64,000 nucleotides of DNA, from positions 558,001-622,000 of the forward strand of contig MU004195.1 of the NCBI GenBank assembly GCA_010093605.1, given 5' to 3'. This document shows, piece by piece, positions 1-12,478 of the stretch; the first letter of the stretch is position 1, and the number at the start of each line of letters is the position of its first letter. The notes below the pieces were generated by a model that did no database searches, was not told the DNA's origin, and worked only from the letters and a program-made list of their open reading frames with translations. Origin of the DNA: Lophium mytilinum. Lineage: Eukaryota. The position numbers and the translations under genes are program-made.

Positions 1-1097
1 CAAGATACTATTACGCCAAAGGCGAGGAGAAGAAGTCCCAAGAAACATTCATCCGATACCATGGCACCGATTCGGGACGGATGACGAAGCGAGCTGAACT
101 CGAATATGAAGGCATGAAGGCTGCTTTGGCTTATGATCGAGAGGCCAAGAATACGGGGTGGAGTGCATTCTACAGTAAGATCGCTAATGATCTATCTAAG
201 CCTCGACTGTTACGATTCTGACCAAATCCTCACAGACACCAAGGTTGCTCGTAAACGAACATTCATCGCGCTCTCCAGTCAGCTCATCTGGCCTTGGGCC
301 GGCCAGAGCGCTTGGACATACTACTTTGGCCGCATGTACACGTACGCAAACATCACCGATGTCCACACCCAGTTCGGCATCAACTTAGCTCTGACTGTTG
401 CTCAAATCTTCGCGGCCATCGGTGGTTCTTATCTGCTCGATCGCATGGGTCGGCGTCCTGCATTTCTCATCGGCATAGGCCAGGCAATCATCTTCTTGTT
501 CATCCAGTTCATCCTTGCCATCAAGTTCTTCGACACCAACAGCAATAACAAAGCCGCCGGCGCTGCTTTCGTCAGCTGCTACTTTATCAGTCAGACGTTC
601 TGGGTCATGTTCTTCAGCCCAGTCGTCTATCTGTATGTATGCGAGATCTTTGCAGGGCCGACTCGCGCGCGAGGGTTTGCTATTGGAAATGTTATTAGCA
701 TGTTGGGTGCGTTTCCACCCTACTTTTTCATTTATAAATCCTGCTAACGAATTCAAAGGTGGCTTCATAGCCTTGGTTTCTTCACAGCCTACATTTGATA
801 GCTTAAAAGGCTATGTGAGTTTGCGCGAACTCTTCCGTCCTCATAGACCACGCTAACATTTCCCGATTAGACCTGGTTGCTCTTCGCAGGCATTGAAACC
901 GTGCTCTTCATCAACATTTTCTTCATGTACCCGTGAGTTCACCCCTTGCGCTGCTCGCTCGAGAACCAACTAACGTGGCTCCTAGTGAAACTAAGGGCAA
1001 GACTCTTGAGGAGATCGAGACTGTACTTGGCTCTGAAGCTGGTGCTAGTTTCGCTCACCACGTGGCCGAAGTGCGCGCAGAGGAACACATGGATTAG
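1..1097 (+). CDS. MFS sugar porter (lactose permease/hexose transporter-like), 5' truncated by window edge, multi-exon
   Basis: Spliced translation gives PRYYYAKG...(intron)...LLDRMGRRPAFL...YVCEIFAGPTRARG...(introns)...PETKGKTLEEIE, which are sugar-porter signature motifs. Stop TAG at 1095-1097. Confidence 0.85.
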
Positions 1098-1678
1098 CAG
1101 TCGTGTAGCAGTCGATTCGGCCAACGGCGTGCGTGAACGTAGGACTTTACAGCAAGATTACGATGAAGAAGCGCATTTGAAGCTAACTAAAAAGGAAGAA
1201 AGGCAGAGAGCGAGCTAGAAGTTAGGCGTGGTCTTGGCCAGTTATCTGTCATGGATACAGCAATAGACACGACATATGTGTTTCAGAATAGTATGAGAAA
1301 AGACGGGGATGAATGAACCGAAGTGTCTCTCTGTCAACCTCCTCCTTCTTTCTCGAGAGGTCCACGGCAGCATGAGCCGCGTTGTATCACCTAAATAGGC
1401 CAAGCTCAAATGAGGAGACAAGAATCACGTGATCTTCACACTGATATGTGTGATAAAACGTTCTGCGCGTTTATGTGATACGTATACTCTTGTAACTCAT
1501 TAAGAACATCCGCTCATTGATATTCTTCACAAGTGCTGCGAAAAAAAAGAGGTTACTGCGGGGGACGTGGTAGCTAGCAAATAAAGTGCCACCCAGGGCC
1601 CAGGCCCTCAACATATCAAGAACACCGTCCTTCCCCTCTGAATACCACTCACGTCTGTCATCAACAACGAATTATACA

Positions 1679-3073
1679 ATGTCCGCTCCCTTTGATCGCT
1701 TATCAGCAGATCTTGTGCCCCAGATATTCCAGTTCGTGCACGAGCGAGATCATTATAAGCTTACACTTGTCTGCAAATCTCTTCACGCTGAAGCCACCAA
1801 GCTTCTCTATAGCGACCTCGATCTCTTGCTCCGCTTTGACAGTAACGTAGCGCTCTTTGTTCGCACAATTATAGATCACCCCAACCTTGCCGAGCATGTC
1901 AAGGTCCTGGACGCACGCGGAGAGGCGGTCTCAGAAAACCTCGCTCGGCAGAGGAAAATGGAAGTTCGCCAAATCTTGTCACCAAAGCAACTGCGTACCC
2001 TTAAAGGTCACCTCATCAACATCATCAACCTTGAGAGAGGGCTCATGGATTCTTACCATATTGTTGACCTCATGTTTGCATTCATCGTCTCCAAAGCCGT
2101 GAATCTAAACGCTCTGACTCTGTCTGGGTATTTCCAGGACCTCTGCACGCCAAAGATTGTCCGACGGTTAATCGAGTTCCCGATTGGGAAAACCCTTGCG
2201 TTTCAAAAGATTCAGAAGCTTCAAGTTTATGTCCCTTTTGACGGTAAACGTGTCGATTTTCCGATGTTGGAGGTCATGAATACGCTATTCAGTCTACCTA
2301 GCCTCTCGTATCTTGGCCTGGGCGGTACTCATGAAGGTTGGGAAAGCTACTTCGGCCACTTACATTCACGAACATCATCATCACTCACTGAACTCGTTCT
2401 CGGTACTCACATATTACAGGAGACGGTCTGTCAGATTCTGCAGTTCATGCCGAATCTCAAAAGGCTAAGTCACAAAGATTTCGGCCGTTGGAGGCTCTAT
2501 GGCGAGACTTTACAACTCGACCAGGCGCTCTTGCAGTTTCGCAAGACTCTCGAAAGTTTCGAACTCATCGCGGAAAACTATACACTCTACGATGGCATCG
2601 TAAGTAGTGTCGGGTCTTCTTTGAGCAGCATGAAGAAGCTTACGCACGTGGAACTTCCCCTGCACATCGCTTTTGGACTCCATGAGCTCTTCACGACGAC
2701 GCTCGAGCACACGCTTCCAGCTAGTCTCCGCTCCCTCACGTTAGGATGCGGCCTGCTGCCACACCTTGACAGAAACACGACGCCTTCATTCCAAAAAAGA
2801 TACCACATCGATGAGATTCTTAGGTTTTTTGAAAGAAAGACCGCGAGCGCCCCATTATTAGAGCGTTTCACGTTGACATTCTGGCACTCGTTGGAACCGC
2901 CTTCTATTCCTGACCAGCCGACATTCGACCTACTCTACACAACAGCGCGTGATCAAGGGGTTGCCTTTCAGGTTGAAGTCGCAACGTGGGATCGTAACCG
3001 TCGTGCTTGGGACAAAATCATCCCCAACGATATGCCGTATTTTATCCTCAAGTCTAGAGAAGACGAGTGGTAG
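1679..3073 (+). CDS. F-box-like domain protein with LRR-like C-terminus
   Basis: Intronless ORF from ATG 1679. N-terminal FDRLSADLVPQIF...LTLVCKSLHAEATKLLY and LFVRTIIDHPNLAEHVK, followed by repeated L..L..L.L segments. Confidence 0.7.
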   Translation: MSAPFDRLSADLVPQIFQFVHERDHYKLTLVCKSLHAEATKLLYSDLDLLLRFDSNVALFVRTIIDHPNLAEHVKVLDARGEAVSENLARQRKMEVRQILSPKQLRTLKGHLINIINLERGLMDSYHIVDLMFAFIVSKAVNLNALTLSGYFQDLCTPKIVRRLIEFPIGKTLAFQKIQKLQVYVPFDGKRVDFPMLEVMNTLFSLPSLSYLGLGGTHEGWESYFGHLHSRTSSSLTELVLGTHILQETVCQILQFMPNLKRLSHKDFGRWRLYGETLQLDQALLQFRKTLESFELIAENYTLYDGIVSSVGSSLSSMKKLTHVELPLHIAFGLHELFTTTLEHTLPASLRSLTLGCGLLPHLDRNTTPSFQKRYHIDEILRFFERKTASAPLLERFTLTFWHSLEPPSIPDQPTFDLLYTTARDQGVAFQVEVATWDRNRRAWDKIIPNDMPYFILKSREDEW

Positions 3074-3291
3074 TATCCAGCGGATCCCGATCAAGCTACC
3101 ACAACAAGCACTATTGTTAGATCGGTATTCGCACACGGAATTCCCTTCAAAAAAAAACGCCGTACTTCAAGACTTTCCACCTTGACTATCTTTACTCGAT
3201 ATCAATTCGAATGCACGCCATCTGAGAAACCACCGGCAACCACTATCATTGCGACAGATAACATCTATACATCAATTTCTTTTACCACAAC

Positions 3292-4464
3292 TTAGACCAG
3301 CTCAGCTCCTCCTACTACCTCCTTGAACCCGAACCGCCCACCTATCGCATCAAACGCGACCTCATACCCGAGCAAAAACCCCCTTCCAGTATTCACGAAC
3401 GGCACCCTCGCCTTCCCCTCCTTCTGCGTTTCAGGCACCACAAATACCGGCTCCATCTTACTCCCTTCCCCAACCACGAACTCATACCCCACCACGACCT
3501 CCTTCTTCTCGCCAACCCCCTCGCTACTCAAGAAATCAACAGCAATCTTCACCCCATCATCGACCCGCCGCCTCATCGGCTTCGACAACGTATGGTTCGG
3601 CGTCACCCTCCCCACGGCCCGCCGTAAATACATCTGCGCAATCCCCGTATCAATAAGAGCCGCGCCACAGTCTTCTGCCTCATCGTTCACCCGGACACAC
3701 ATAGACGGCATAGCCCAATCCCTCGGATCCTCAGCATGCGTGGTCCCCGGCTCTAGCATCGCCCACGCAAAGTCTTCGGTATTATTAGGCGTAAGACCAA
3801 GAGTCACGCCGGTCGTGTTGAGGATGTATCCCGTATGCCACGCTCCAGAGTCCACGGGGATGTCGTCAACGCTATCGAGGTTGAGAAACGGGTTCGCGGC
3901 GGGGATGGCTTTCGGCTGCTCGCCATCGCCCGTGTTCCGCCCGAAGCCGACGCCCATGTAGCTGATTCCCGCTGTGGGGAGTGCTGTGCCGGTGTCGGAG
4001 TGGTTGGAAGGGTTTGGTGGACAAGTGCCGGCGTCTGTGAGGGGGTTGTACCATGGGCAGTGGGTTTTAGCGTCGACTATCAATACCGGGACGGTGGATG
4101 TTGCGGTTGTAGAGGCGATGAAAGTGAGGGTGAGTGGGACTAGAGAGCCGGCGTAGAGGAGGTTGCTGCTTGAGAGATACGAGTGGGCGGGTGGGTAGCC
4201 GGTGGTGTTTAGGAAGGGGAGTTTTGGGTGGCCGAGGAGAATGCCGGTGCTGCCCGTGTCGATGGGGAAGATTAAGGGCGTGTTGGAGATTGTGGCGGGC
4301 AGTAAAGGGGGCTCGTTGATTTTGAGGGGGGAGACGAAGGGTAGGAAGACTGAAGATAGCTTCTCGGCTGGTATGAGAGGTTGTTGGTTTGATACACATG
4401 CAAAAGCACCGGGTATTATGAGCGTACAGAGGCATATAACGATAGACAAAGATATGAAAGACAT
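3292..4464 (-). CDS. Secreted pepsin-fold aspartic peptidase-like protein (bacterial autotransporter-passenger-like family)
   Basis: Signal peptide, two catalytic-type motifs (IDTGSTG and LIDTGIA), YMGVGFGR, NPFLN, and C-terminal NTGRGFLLGYEVAFDAIGGRFGF. Intronless. Confidence 0.7.
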   Translation of the reverse strand: MSFISLSIVICLCTLIIPGAFACVSNQQPLIPAEKLSSVFLPFVSPLKINEPPLLPATISNTPLIFPIDTGSTGILLGHPKLPFLNTTGYPPAHSYLSSSNLLYAGSLVPLTLTFIASTTATSTVPVLIVDAKTHCPWYNPLTDAGTCPPNPSNHSDTGTALPTAGISYMGVGFGRNTGDGEQPKAIPAANPFLNLDSVDDIPVDSGAWHTGYILNTTGVTLGLTPNNTEDFAWAMLEPGTTHAEDPRDWAMPSMCVRVNDEAEDCGAALIDTGIAQMYLRRAVGRVTPNHTLSKPMRRRVDDGVKIAVDFLSSEGVGEKKEVVVGYEFVVGEGSKMEPVFVVPETQKEGKARVPFVNTGRGFLLGYEVAFDAIGGRFGFKEVVGGAELV

Positions 4465-5366
4465 TTTGGTAAAGGAATTGCTACAAACGAGAAACAGTAT
4501 CTTGACTGGTCGCTTGGACGGAAATCAGGTCCTTCAGATCAGGCGTCACAAACGTGACACAGTACCACCTCCTCAATGTTCTTGCGAGGCACTTGCACAA
4601 CAACGGCCTCGTATACACCACTCTCCCGCGTTTCTCTGCTTGTCGTCTCAAGATGTTGCTGCGATTGGTGCTCGCGAATCTCGGTGTAGTTCAGCTGGCA
4701 CGCTAGGATGCTCAGCCGCACCGCAGAGCTTGAACGCAGCAAGCTCCAACCCGTTGATACGTAAAGCACAGACACTGGTGCTTCGAGAGGTGCCGTACTA
4801 GAGCATATGTGCTCCAGTCTATAATAGTTGATATGGACCTTGACGAATGGTGATGATTTGACGTTGGATTAGGTAGTCACAGGGGTGGGTTTGCCGTCAT
4901 ATAAATAGACTGATGTGTCAGCGGATATTCGTCCAAGTGGAAGATCTTCGCATGGCTCGGGTTTCAAGAATGTTGCACGGTACGCCACGAACGTCCGGCT
5001 ATCTTCTCGCTATCGAAGTCAGGGAGTGGAAAGACGATAAGATGCATACCCGGGGACATATTTCAGCTCAATTTAGGTGCTTGAAGGCGCAGCAGCTGGG
5101 AACCATCAGTCGGCCGGACAGGGTCGACAAATCAAGCTTCAAAGCTTGGACTAGTTCTAACGACGGGACCGTTGCTTGAGCTGAGCCCAGCCAGAGCTAG
5201 CCGTCAGCCCCAAAACCCCCCTCTACACCATCCAGACTACATATGGAGATAATGGCCGCCTCTCCTGCGGCCCGGTTGCTTCGCTTTCATTTCCTCAAGT
5301 CTTTTGAGTTTGGGTGAAGCTTCTTTCCTCCGGCCATCGTGCAAGAAGCATCCCTAAACCGCTATC

Positions 5367-6546
5367 ATGTCCAAGACAAGCACCTTCACAACCATCACGC
5401 CCCTCCCTTCGATTATCACCAGGGAGGCGGTTCTCTCGACGTACCATGACCACATCGCAATGATAGAGCTAAACCCACTAGTGGTGGAACGCTTCAAGTG
5501 CAAAGCACCGGCCTACGCAACAGCAGAGGAGTTCCACGCGACATGGTACACGATCAAAGGCATCTACCCCTCCTTCCCTTCACACCCTCTCATCTCTGAC
5601 CGTTGGACCAGACAAGATTCAATACATCCCCGGCACCTCGCTCGCCAATGGCTCCGTCTCCTACCACGCCTGCTTCCACGACCTCCCCGACGCCCTCCAA
5701 ACCCACGTCTACGCGCCCCTAGGGCTCGACATCAAAGCCAAATGGTCCGTCGGCGGCTCTCTCCCAGGCGAGCCCCCTCAGCCCGCCGAACTAGGCCTCG
5801 GAATACCAAAAGAAGGGCTATATCTACGCGAAGACGTCAAGATGAAGTGCAACATCATGATGATCAGCTTCGTGAAAAAGACATTCAAAGAAGCGCATTC
5901 AAAGCTCGTAGACAGACTAGTAGAAAAGACGCACCAGCTCGAAGCAAAAATGAAAGCAGAGAGAGCGCGAAACCCCCAGCCATCGCCGAGCCCGTATCAT
6001 CCCTCGCATACGCCAAAGCACGACTCGATCGCGCTGGGCAGTCCGATGTTCCAGCCAGGGACCGCGGGATACCAGCACCTGGCGGGGTACTCGAACTCGA
6101 ACTCGAGTAGTCCGATGACGAGCCCACAGCCGCAGCATGCGAAGACGTTTGGGGTTCCTGGGCTGCCGCCGTTTAATCCGTATGGGCAGAGTGGAGCGTA
6201 TCAGCCGCAGACGCCGCAGGCTCAGAATCCCTACGCTAGCGATCCGCGGTATTCACAGCATGGTCAGCAGCAGGATCCGCGGTACTCGCAATATAGCCAG
6301 CAACCGCAGTTTGATGAGAAGCCATTGCCTGATCCGAGGTTTTCGCAGTATCCGGATCCGAAGTCGGATCCGCGGTACTCGCAGCACGGAGATCATAGGG
6401 CGTCGATGCATCCGGCGGATCAGGGAGAGGATCGGAAGTATCGGTATGAGCCGAACCAGCCACATCCGACTCAGTTCGCGCCTGTGGAACTGCCTACGAG
6501 CTTTGATGGGAAAGGGGGACAGATGGAACCGGTTGAATTGGCTTGA
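5367..6546 (+). CDS. DUF7053-like (SRPBCC-like) protein with P/Q/Y-rich C-terminal tail; one GC-AG intron 5560-5611
   Basis: HDHIAMIELNPLV...WYTIK|DKIQYIPG...YHACFHDLPDALQTHVYAPLGLDIKAKWSVGG...GLYLREDVKMKCN is continuous only if 5560-5611 is spliced out. Branch site CTGAC at 5596. Confidence 0.75.
6241..6387 (+). repeat. Intragenic degenerate repeat encoding DPRYSQ/DPRFSQ (4 copies plus a partial DPKS)
   Basis: GATCCGCGGTA(C/T)TC-like units recur in frame. Confidence 0.8.
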
Positions 6547-7049
6547 ATTGGTAAAAGACGGGACAGACGAAGGTGTTCTGGGTTTGACTGTATAAAGACC
6601 CATTTTCGCAAATCACGAAGAAGCGACGATTTTACTCGGTTTTTAAACATCTTCGTATGCTTTGATTCTCTTTCTTTTCTTACGCGATACCCCGTGTATG
6701 GCTACATAGGCTTGCTATAAGGATAGCTTGGAAGGCCGATTGTTTGGTAACGCCAATTTTCAAGCTTCTTCGAACGAACTTTATTGTCAGTGGACATTAC
6801 CTGCAATTCGATCGTGCGTCTTTTCACTGTTAGCTTTCATTTCTTCGACGAATCTGCTAGCTAAGCGTGTCACTCGAAACATTCATAAAAACTCGATATT
6901 GATCTTCATTACAATTAACTTCCTTCTAGTATATAACGCAACGCCAATCTCAAAGTCTCAAACGTAAACCTACCCATCACTCCCCCCTTAAACGCTCAAA
7001 CAACCCTACCCCAAACGCCAAACCCCCCCCCCCCACTATCCCATCTCCC

Positions 7050-8187
7050 CTACCAAAACTCCACCTCCCCAACATCCACCCCCTCCCCACTCAACAGCCT
7101 TACCGGCTCCTCCATATCCACCCACCCCATGAACGGCTTACTCGCCCCAAACCCCGCCCACCGCTGCAACCCCACCGGCAACTCCCTTATCCGCTCTAGA
7201 TCATTCGCCAAATACTGGTTCTCCTCCTGCCGCAAATACCCCCGCGTCGCAAACGCCGCATACACCAGCCGCTCCTCCCCCTGCGTCGTGTTCGCCCCCG
7301 CGCCGTGGTACGTGCCGCCGAGCATCATGAAGGCGTCGCCGGGCTGCATCGCCGCGTGCGCGAAGAGCGGGTTGTCGGGGTTGTAGGCGGGCGGTGGGAT
7401 GCGGTAGTCCCAGAGGTGCGAGCCGGGGACGAAGCGGGTGGCGCCGTTGGCGGGAGTGCAGGGGGCGCCGGCGACGAAGAGGCACAGCATGGTGTCGCGG
7501 CCGAGGTGGTGCGTGGGGCTGGCGGGGTGCTGCGTGTGGTAGATGTCGTCGTCCCGGTGTAGGCCTTGGGCGGGCGTGCCGGGGGAGATGGAGAAGGTGA
7601 CGGTGGTGCTGAGTTGGGGGGCGGAGGTGCTGGTGCGGGATTGGGTGCCGTGCTGGTCGGGGTTGGGGTTAGTAAGAGGGTTGGTGGTGGGGAAAGGGTA
7701 GGGGGTAAGGGGTTAACGCACCCAGGAGTTTGAGAGAGTGCTGGTTAGAAAGTGGTCGCAGACGGTTCGCCAGGCTTTGTTTCCGGCTACTGAGAGGGCG
7801 TAGGTTCGCGATTTGCTGAGGAGGCCGGTTACTAGTTTTGTTGAGGAGGGGACGAAGTCTTCTCGCTTGTCTGCAGTAAAGGTTTAGATATGCGTTTTCG
7901 AATCTGATGAAAGACGTACTGGTTGCTTTTCCGGTTGCATTGATATATGGCCGAATCTCTTGCTCCATAGCGTCGAGGGTGGATTGCTGGTACATGTTGC
8001 GGATTATGCAGCCGCCGGAAACTTTTAGGCTTGATATGATATCGTCGGTCAAATGCTCTTCAGTTTCGTAGGTGTTAAGATCTATAACGGAAACTTTTGG
8101 TATAGAGTTGACTTTGCATCTCGAAGATGATGATGATACCCGCGGCACAAGGTCATAGGAATCGTTGCGAAGTAATGCGGGTGCCAT
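7050..8187 (-). CDS. Phytanoyl-CoA dioxygenase (PhyH) family Fe(II)/2OG dioxygenase, 3 exons
   Basis: SGGCIIRN, AQGLHRDD (HxD iron ligands), NGATRFVPGSHLW, YHGAGAN (distal His) and LRQEENQYL. Introns 7871-7919 and about 7654-7721. Confidence 0.9.
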
Positions 8188-9078
8188 GGTTAAATAAAGT
8201 ACTTTTGAACACGTAAAAGATTAAAGAAAGGTTGCTTTAGTGGCTTGAATGCGTGGTTGAAGAATGATGTATAGAGAGTTTAGAATAAAGGACTTGAAGG
8301 CAAGCTGGCAACATATAATCAAGCATCCGCAATAGAACTAAAAACAGCTCGGACACATTGCTTCGGCTAGAACATCATGAAATCAAAGCTTCTGGACCTG
8401 CACGGCTCCTGTCTCTCTACAACTGAGATGGCATTCGATATTGTGGCTGAGCTGTCGTAGTCCATGCTGTCCGTAGTGCAAATGTGAAGGCCTGAGCTTG
8501 GCGGTAGAATAGATCATTCAGCTTGGATCCCTCGTGCGATGGCTGGCCGTCAGGCTATGTCTTTCCTAGCGTGGCGGCTGGCCTCCGAAGCGTCTGAATG
8601 GGGAGAGCGGCGTTAAAGTGATTTCTCCGAGTGGGTGAAGCGTCAGGGGGAGATGCGATGGCCACTAGCCGCTCTCGGAGTCCGACCTAAACTAGTTTAG
8701 CTGCCCCTGGGTCCAGCCTTTTCGGCGGCTCCGGTGGCTTCAAAACATCAACCACAACCGTCGTGCGGCTCAAAAGCTAGAGTCTAGCCGCTATGTATTG
8801 GCTTCACTGCACCGCATCCGGTTACAGTCGACTCGTCAGCGATGGGTTGGCTTCAGCTTGCCCTAGTTACGCCACTGTTGATTCCCCCCGCGCGTCTTTC
8901 CCTGAAGCGATCTCCCCTCACCCTTCAAGCAAAGACTTGATGGTGCTGTCTACCAATTTTCCCTTGAGGTTTACTTCTACTTTAATTTTGAACTTTTTTT
9001 CGGTCCACGGTCTCGTCTTGACATTACGCTTTCTACACTCATTCCCCTGGAAAAGCCGCTCATTCATTCACTTTCGTT

Positions 9079-10929
9079 ATGGCATCTTCACTGTCTCTTT
9101 CTGATATCAGATCTTCAAAGGGCTTCATAGTCGCTACAATATGTATTGCAACCTTCACTGTAAGTACGCGACGAGTCTAGCGGCGTTTTCGCTCATGGCC
9201 AACAAATTCATCTAGGATGGTTTTATATACGGAGGTGAGCAAAGTATTGAAGTGAGCATGACTATCATATACTAAATGCTCGTTGTAGTCGTCGCTCCCG
9301 TAATTCCTTTCATTCTTCGAGACCAAGCGCTGGTTTCAGAACATCAGCGTACGCCCACCGTCCCCTGTATCCTTCGGAATGCGACGTGATATACTAATCT
9401 TTACAAAAGTGCAGATATCAACTTCCATACTTATCGCAACCTTCGCACTAGCAGATTTCTTTGGAGCACGTTAGTCTATACTCCGGCTTCCTTGAGATAT
9501 TCAGAATGTATCCTAATCCTTTGACGCAGCATTATGCGCATGGTATGTCGACCGCTATAGGAGTAAGCGAGTGCCTTGGTACGCCGGCATCGTCCTGATA
9601 AGCACGGGGACCATTTTCTTCGGATTCGCAAATCGATTTTGGATGCTAGTAGTCAGCCGCATACTGCAAGGTTTCTCTTCTTCGATCCTCTACACTGTCG
9701 GACTAGCCGTTCTCGTGCATACCGTAGATCATGATGAAGTGGGACAATGGATGGGTACGGCCATGTCGGCCAACAACATTGGCATGATCATCAGTCCTTT
9801 GATTGGAGGTATTGTCTACGATAAGGCGGGGAAGAGGTGGGTATTTGCTATCATGGTGGCTCTTGGTGCGATTGATGTTGTGTTACGTCTTTTGATGAAC
9901 GAGCAGAAGCGAGATACTAGCGGGGTCAATGGTTCATCGACCCAGTCTCACGAGGTACCACACGAAGCAGTACAAGAGAAGGAGAAGGAGAAACCTCAAG
10001 GCCACTACTTGGATGTCTCCCGTCCCCAGACCGCAGTCAGCGCTTTGTCGAAGGAGTACCTCTCACTCCAACTTAGCCTCCACGGCAACCTGTCCCAGGT
10101 TCCTATTGTTTCATCAAACACCGCCGGCTCCTCTACACCAGATACAATCCAGGCGGCTCCTACGCAATTTCGGCGCCTACCAGGGGTGCTCTCTCTTCTC
10201 AAATCTCCCCGCCTACTTGCCGCACTCTATGGTTGCTTCATCAACGAATGCATAGTGTCATCCCTATGCGCCGTCCTACCACTGTTCGTCAACGACACCT
10301 TCAACTGGACCTCCCTTCAAGCTGGTCTTCTCTTCCTCACAATCGCGATTCCTGCATTTGCAGGCCCGCTTGCGGGAGCAATGGCCGACAGACTCGGCGC
10401 ACGCTGGGTTGCCGTTGCCGGATTCCTCCTCACCGCGCCACCCCTTATCCTCCTGAGGCTCGTAGATCACAACTCCAAGGAGCAAATCATTTTGCTATGC
10501 GGACTACTCACGCTTGCTGGTAAGCACATTGCGCAGTCTGCGTTCTTTATAAAGCAGAATGATTGATTGACACCTACAGGCTGTACCATTATTCTCTTTC
10601 TATCGCCCCTCGGTGCGGAGTGCACATTCGTTGCGGAAGAGCTATCGAAAGACCAAGAAACGGATTTATACGCGAGCTCGTTTTCTCTCATGAACTGCTC
10701 GCTGGCGGCTGCGGCACTGCTGGGCCCTCTTGCCTGCGGCGGTCTGCAGCAGAGGTTTGGTTGGAAAGTCACAACCATTGCTCTAGGTATGCTGTGTGTA
10801 TCTGGCGCAGTCCCTTCGGTAAGTTAGATCCTTCTTGGGCGGGGCGTCCAACGGGAAACTGATACTCTACAGGCTCTTTTCACTGGTAGCGGGAGAGCTG
10901 TTAATGTTGATGATAAGGATGAAGTCTAG
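9079..10929 (+). CDS. MFS transporter (DHA1/vesicular amine transporter-like), multi-exon with micro-exons
   Basis: MASSLSLSDIRSSKGFIVATICIATFT|DGFIYG..., WYVDRYRSKR, SRILQGFSS, SPLIGGIVYDKAG, GAMADRLGAR. Stop TAG at 10927-10929. Confidence 0.85.
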
Positions 10930-12478
10930 AAAGTTTGGCAGATTTGGATATCGCGATACAAATGAATACAATACGAAAATAGAAATGTCTAATACTTCAA
11001 TACTCTACCAACAGCCTCTTCGGCCTTGCTACAGTGAAACAGGTTGCTTACGCTTTTACAGGTCCACGATGGAAGCTTCTCAGGTCAGGCCTAGTCTCCG
11101 CTCGGGAAGCGCGCACGCTCAGCTCAGCCTGAACTCAGCAGAAGATTTCTGAAGAAGTCTGCGTTCTAACTGAACTTTTACTCAACAGGTTCTGACCCTC
11201 GCGCCGGAAGCACCCCCTCAGTCCTCAACCATAACGAGATTCTGAAGAGCGTTTCACTATACTATCTCCCCAAATGCGTCGTCTCGTCCATGTATATATA
11301 TTTCCAGAACCCCACGGCGCTCAAAACTGTATACACGAAAGCGCGGACCGACGCACCCTTGCTTTTCAGCGGCTTCAAATATAATCCCGGGTTTTGGCCG
11401 CCTGCATTAGTTGCTCAAGTTGGGAACCTTGTTTTGTACAGAAGTAAGCGCATATGTCCACATGGTAGAATCAAGATGTTTTCCCCTAATCCGAATTCCT
11501 CTAGATCACGAGTTTGGCGGCCAATTCGGCTGGGGTAGACAACCCTCCGGCATTGATTGAGGATTTGAGGGAGATTGGAAGGTACTGGGCGTAAGAGTCA
11601 ACATAGGATATGTCAAACAGTCATGGGTTGTTTAGGAGAGATGGAGATCCTTGCCTAGGTAGGGTAGCACGCGGATGACAACAACGCGTACACCAAACCC
11701 CCAAATTCGCTTAGATCAGCAAAAGACATCTGAAAGTAAAGCGTCTTACAACCGTCAAAGTTATGTAGTATCATATAAAACCTAGATCACTGGGTAGAGC
11801 TAGTTCTGAAGATTATCTTTGCATATTTTCAGGATATTTGTTCTCTCAGAATGTGGCAGCTATATTGCCTACCGAAAGCGACAAGTGGTTTTGGTGCACG
11901 CGTTTTTTCTATCAGGGAGGGTAGGTTCTTCCTGCCGTCTAAGCGATAAAAGTTAACCTCCGCGCGGTTGTGCGGCCAAAGGGTACAAAGATACAAGGGT
12001 CAGGTCCGCGGAGAAGCTGATTTGGATCGTTCCCTGCAACACAGGGCATGCAATAAGCGAGTCACCAAAGACCGATATACAGCCTTTTCAGAGCCATAAT
12101 GTTATAATAATACATTTTTGGCTTGATGGCTGTAAAGAGCAGACATCTGTGGGTATAATAGGCTTTCCAGGAACTCAGTGTCTTCTCGTGGTGCCGAGAT
12201 ATAGAGCTGTGAAGTTTTTTATCTGGAATTCGAACCCTGGCACATGACTCTGTTGGTTGCACGCCCTTTGCAGTATATCCTTGAGCGTCGCATGTTCTTT
12301 CGGCATGCGGGGTAACCCATTATAAATCCTCCCCGCTACATGAGTGGTAGCTGGAGCAAAATACCGCAAACAATTGAATATAACTTGAATCTACCGCTTT
12401 AATTCCTCCCTTCCTCTTATTGCAGTCATTCAAATTCAACGATCCTAACCTCCTGATTTCAACCTCAAATCTAGCATC

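Noticed and set aside
11000..12400. Intergenic stretch checked for TE remnants and ncRNA
   Set aside because: No TIRs, LTRs, tRNA cloverleaf or transposase/RT motifs found.
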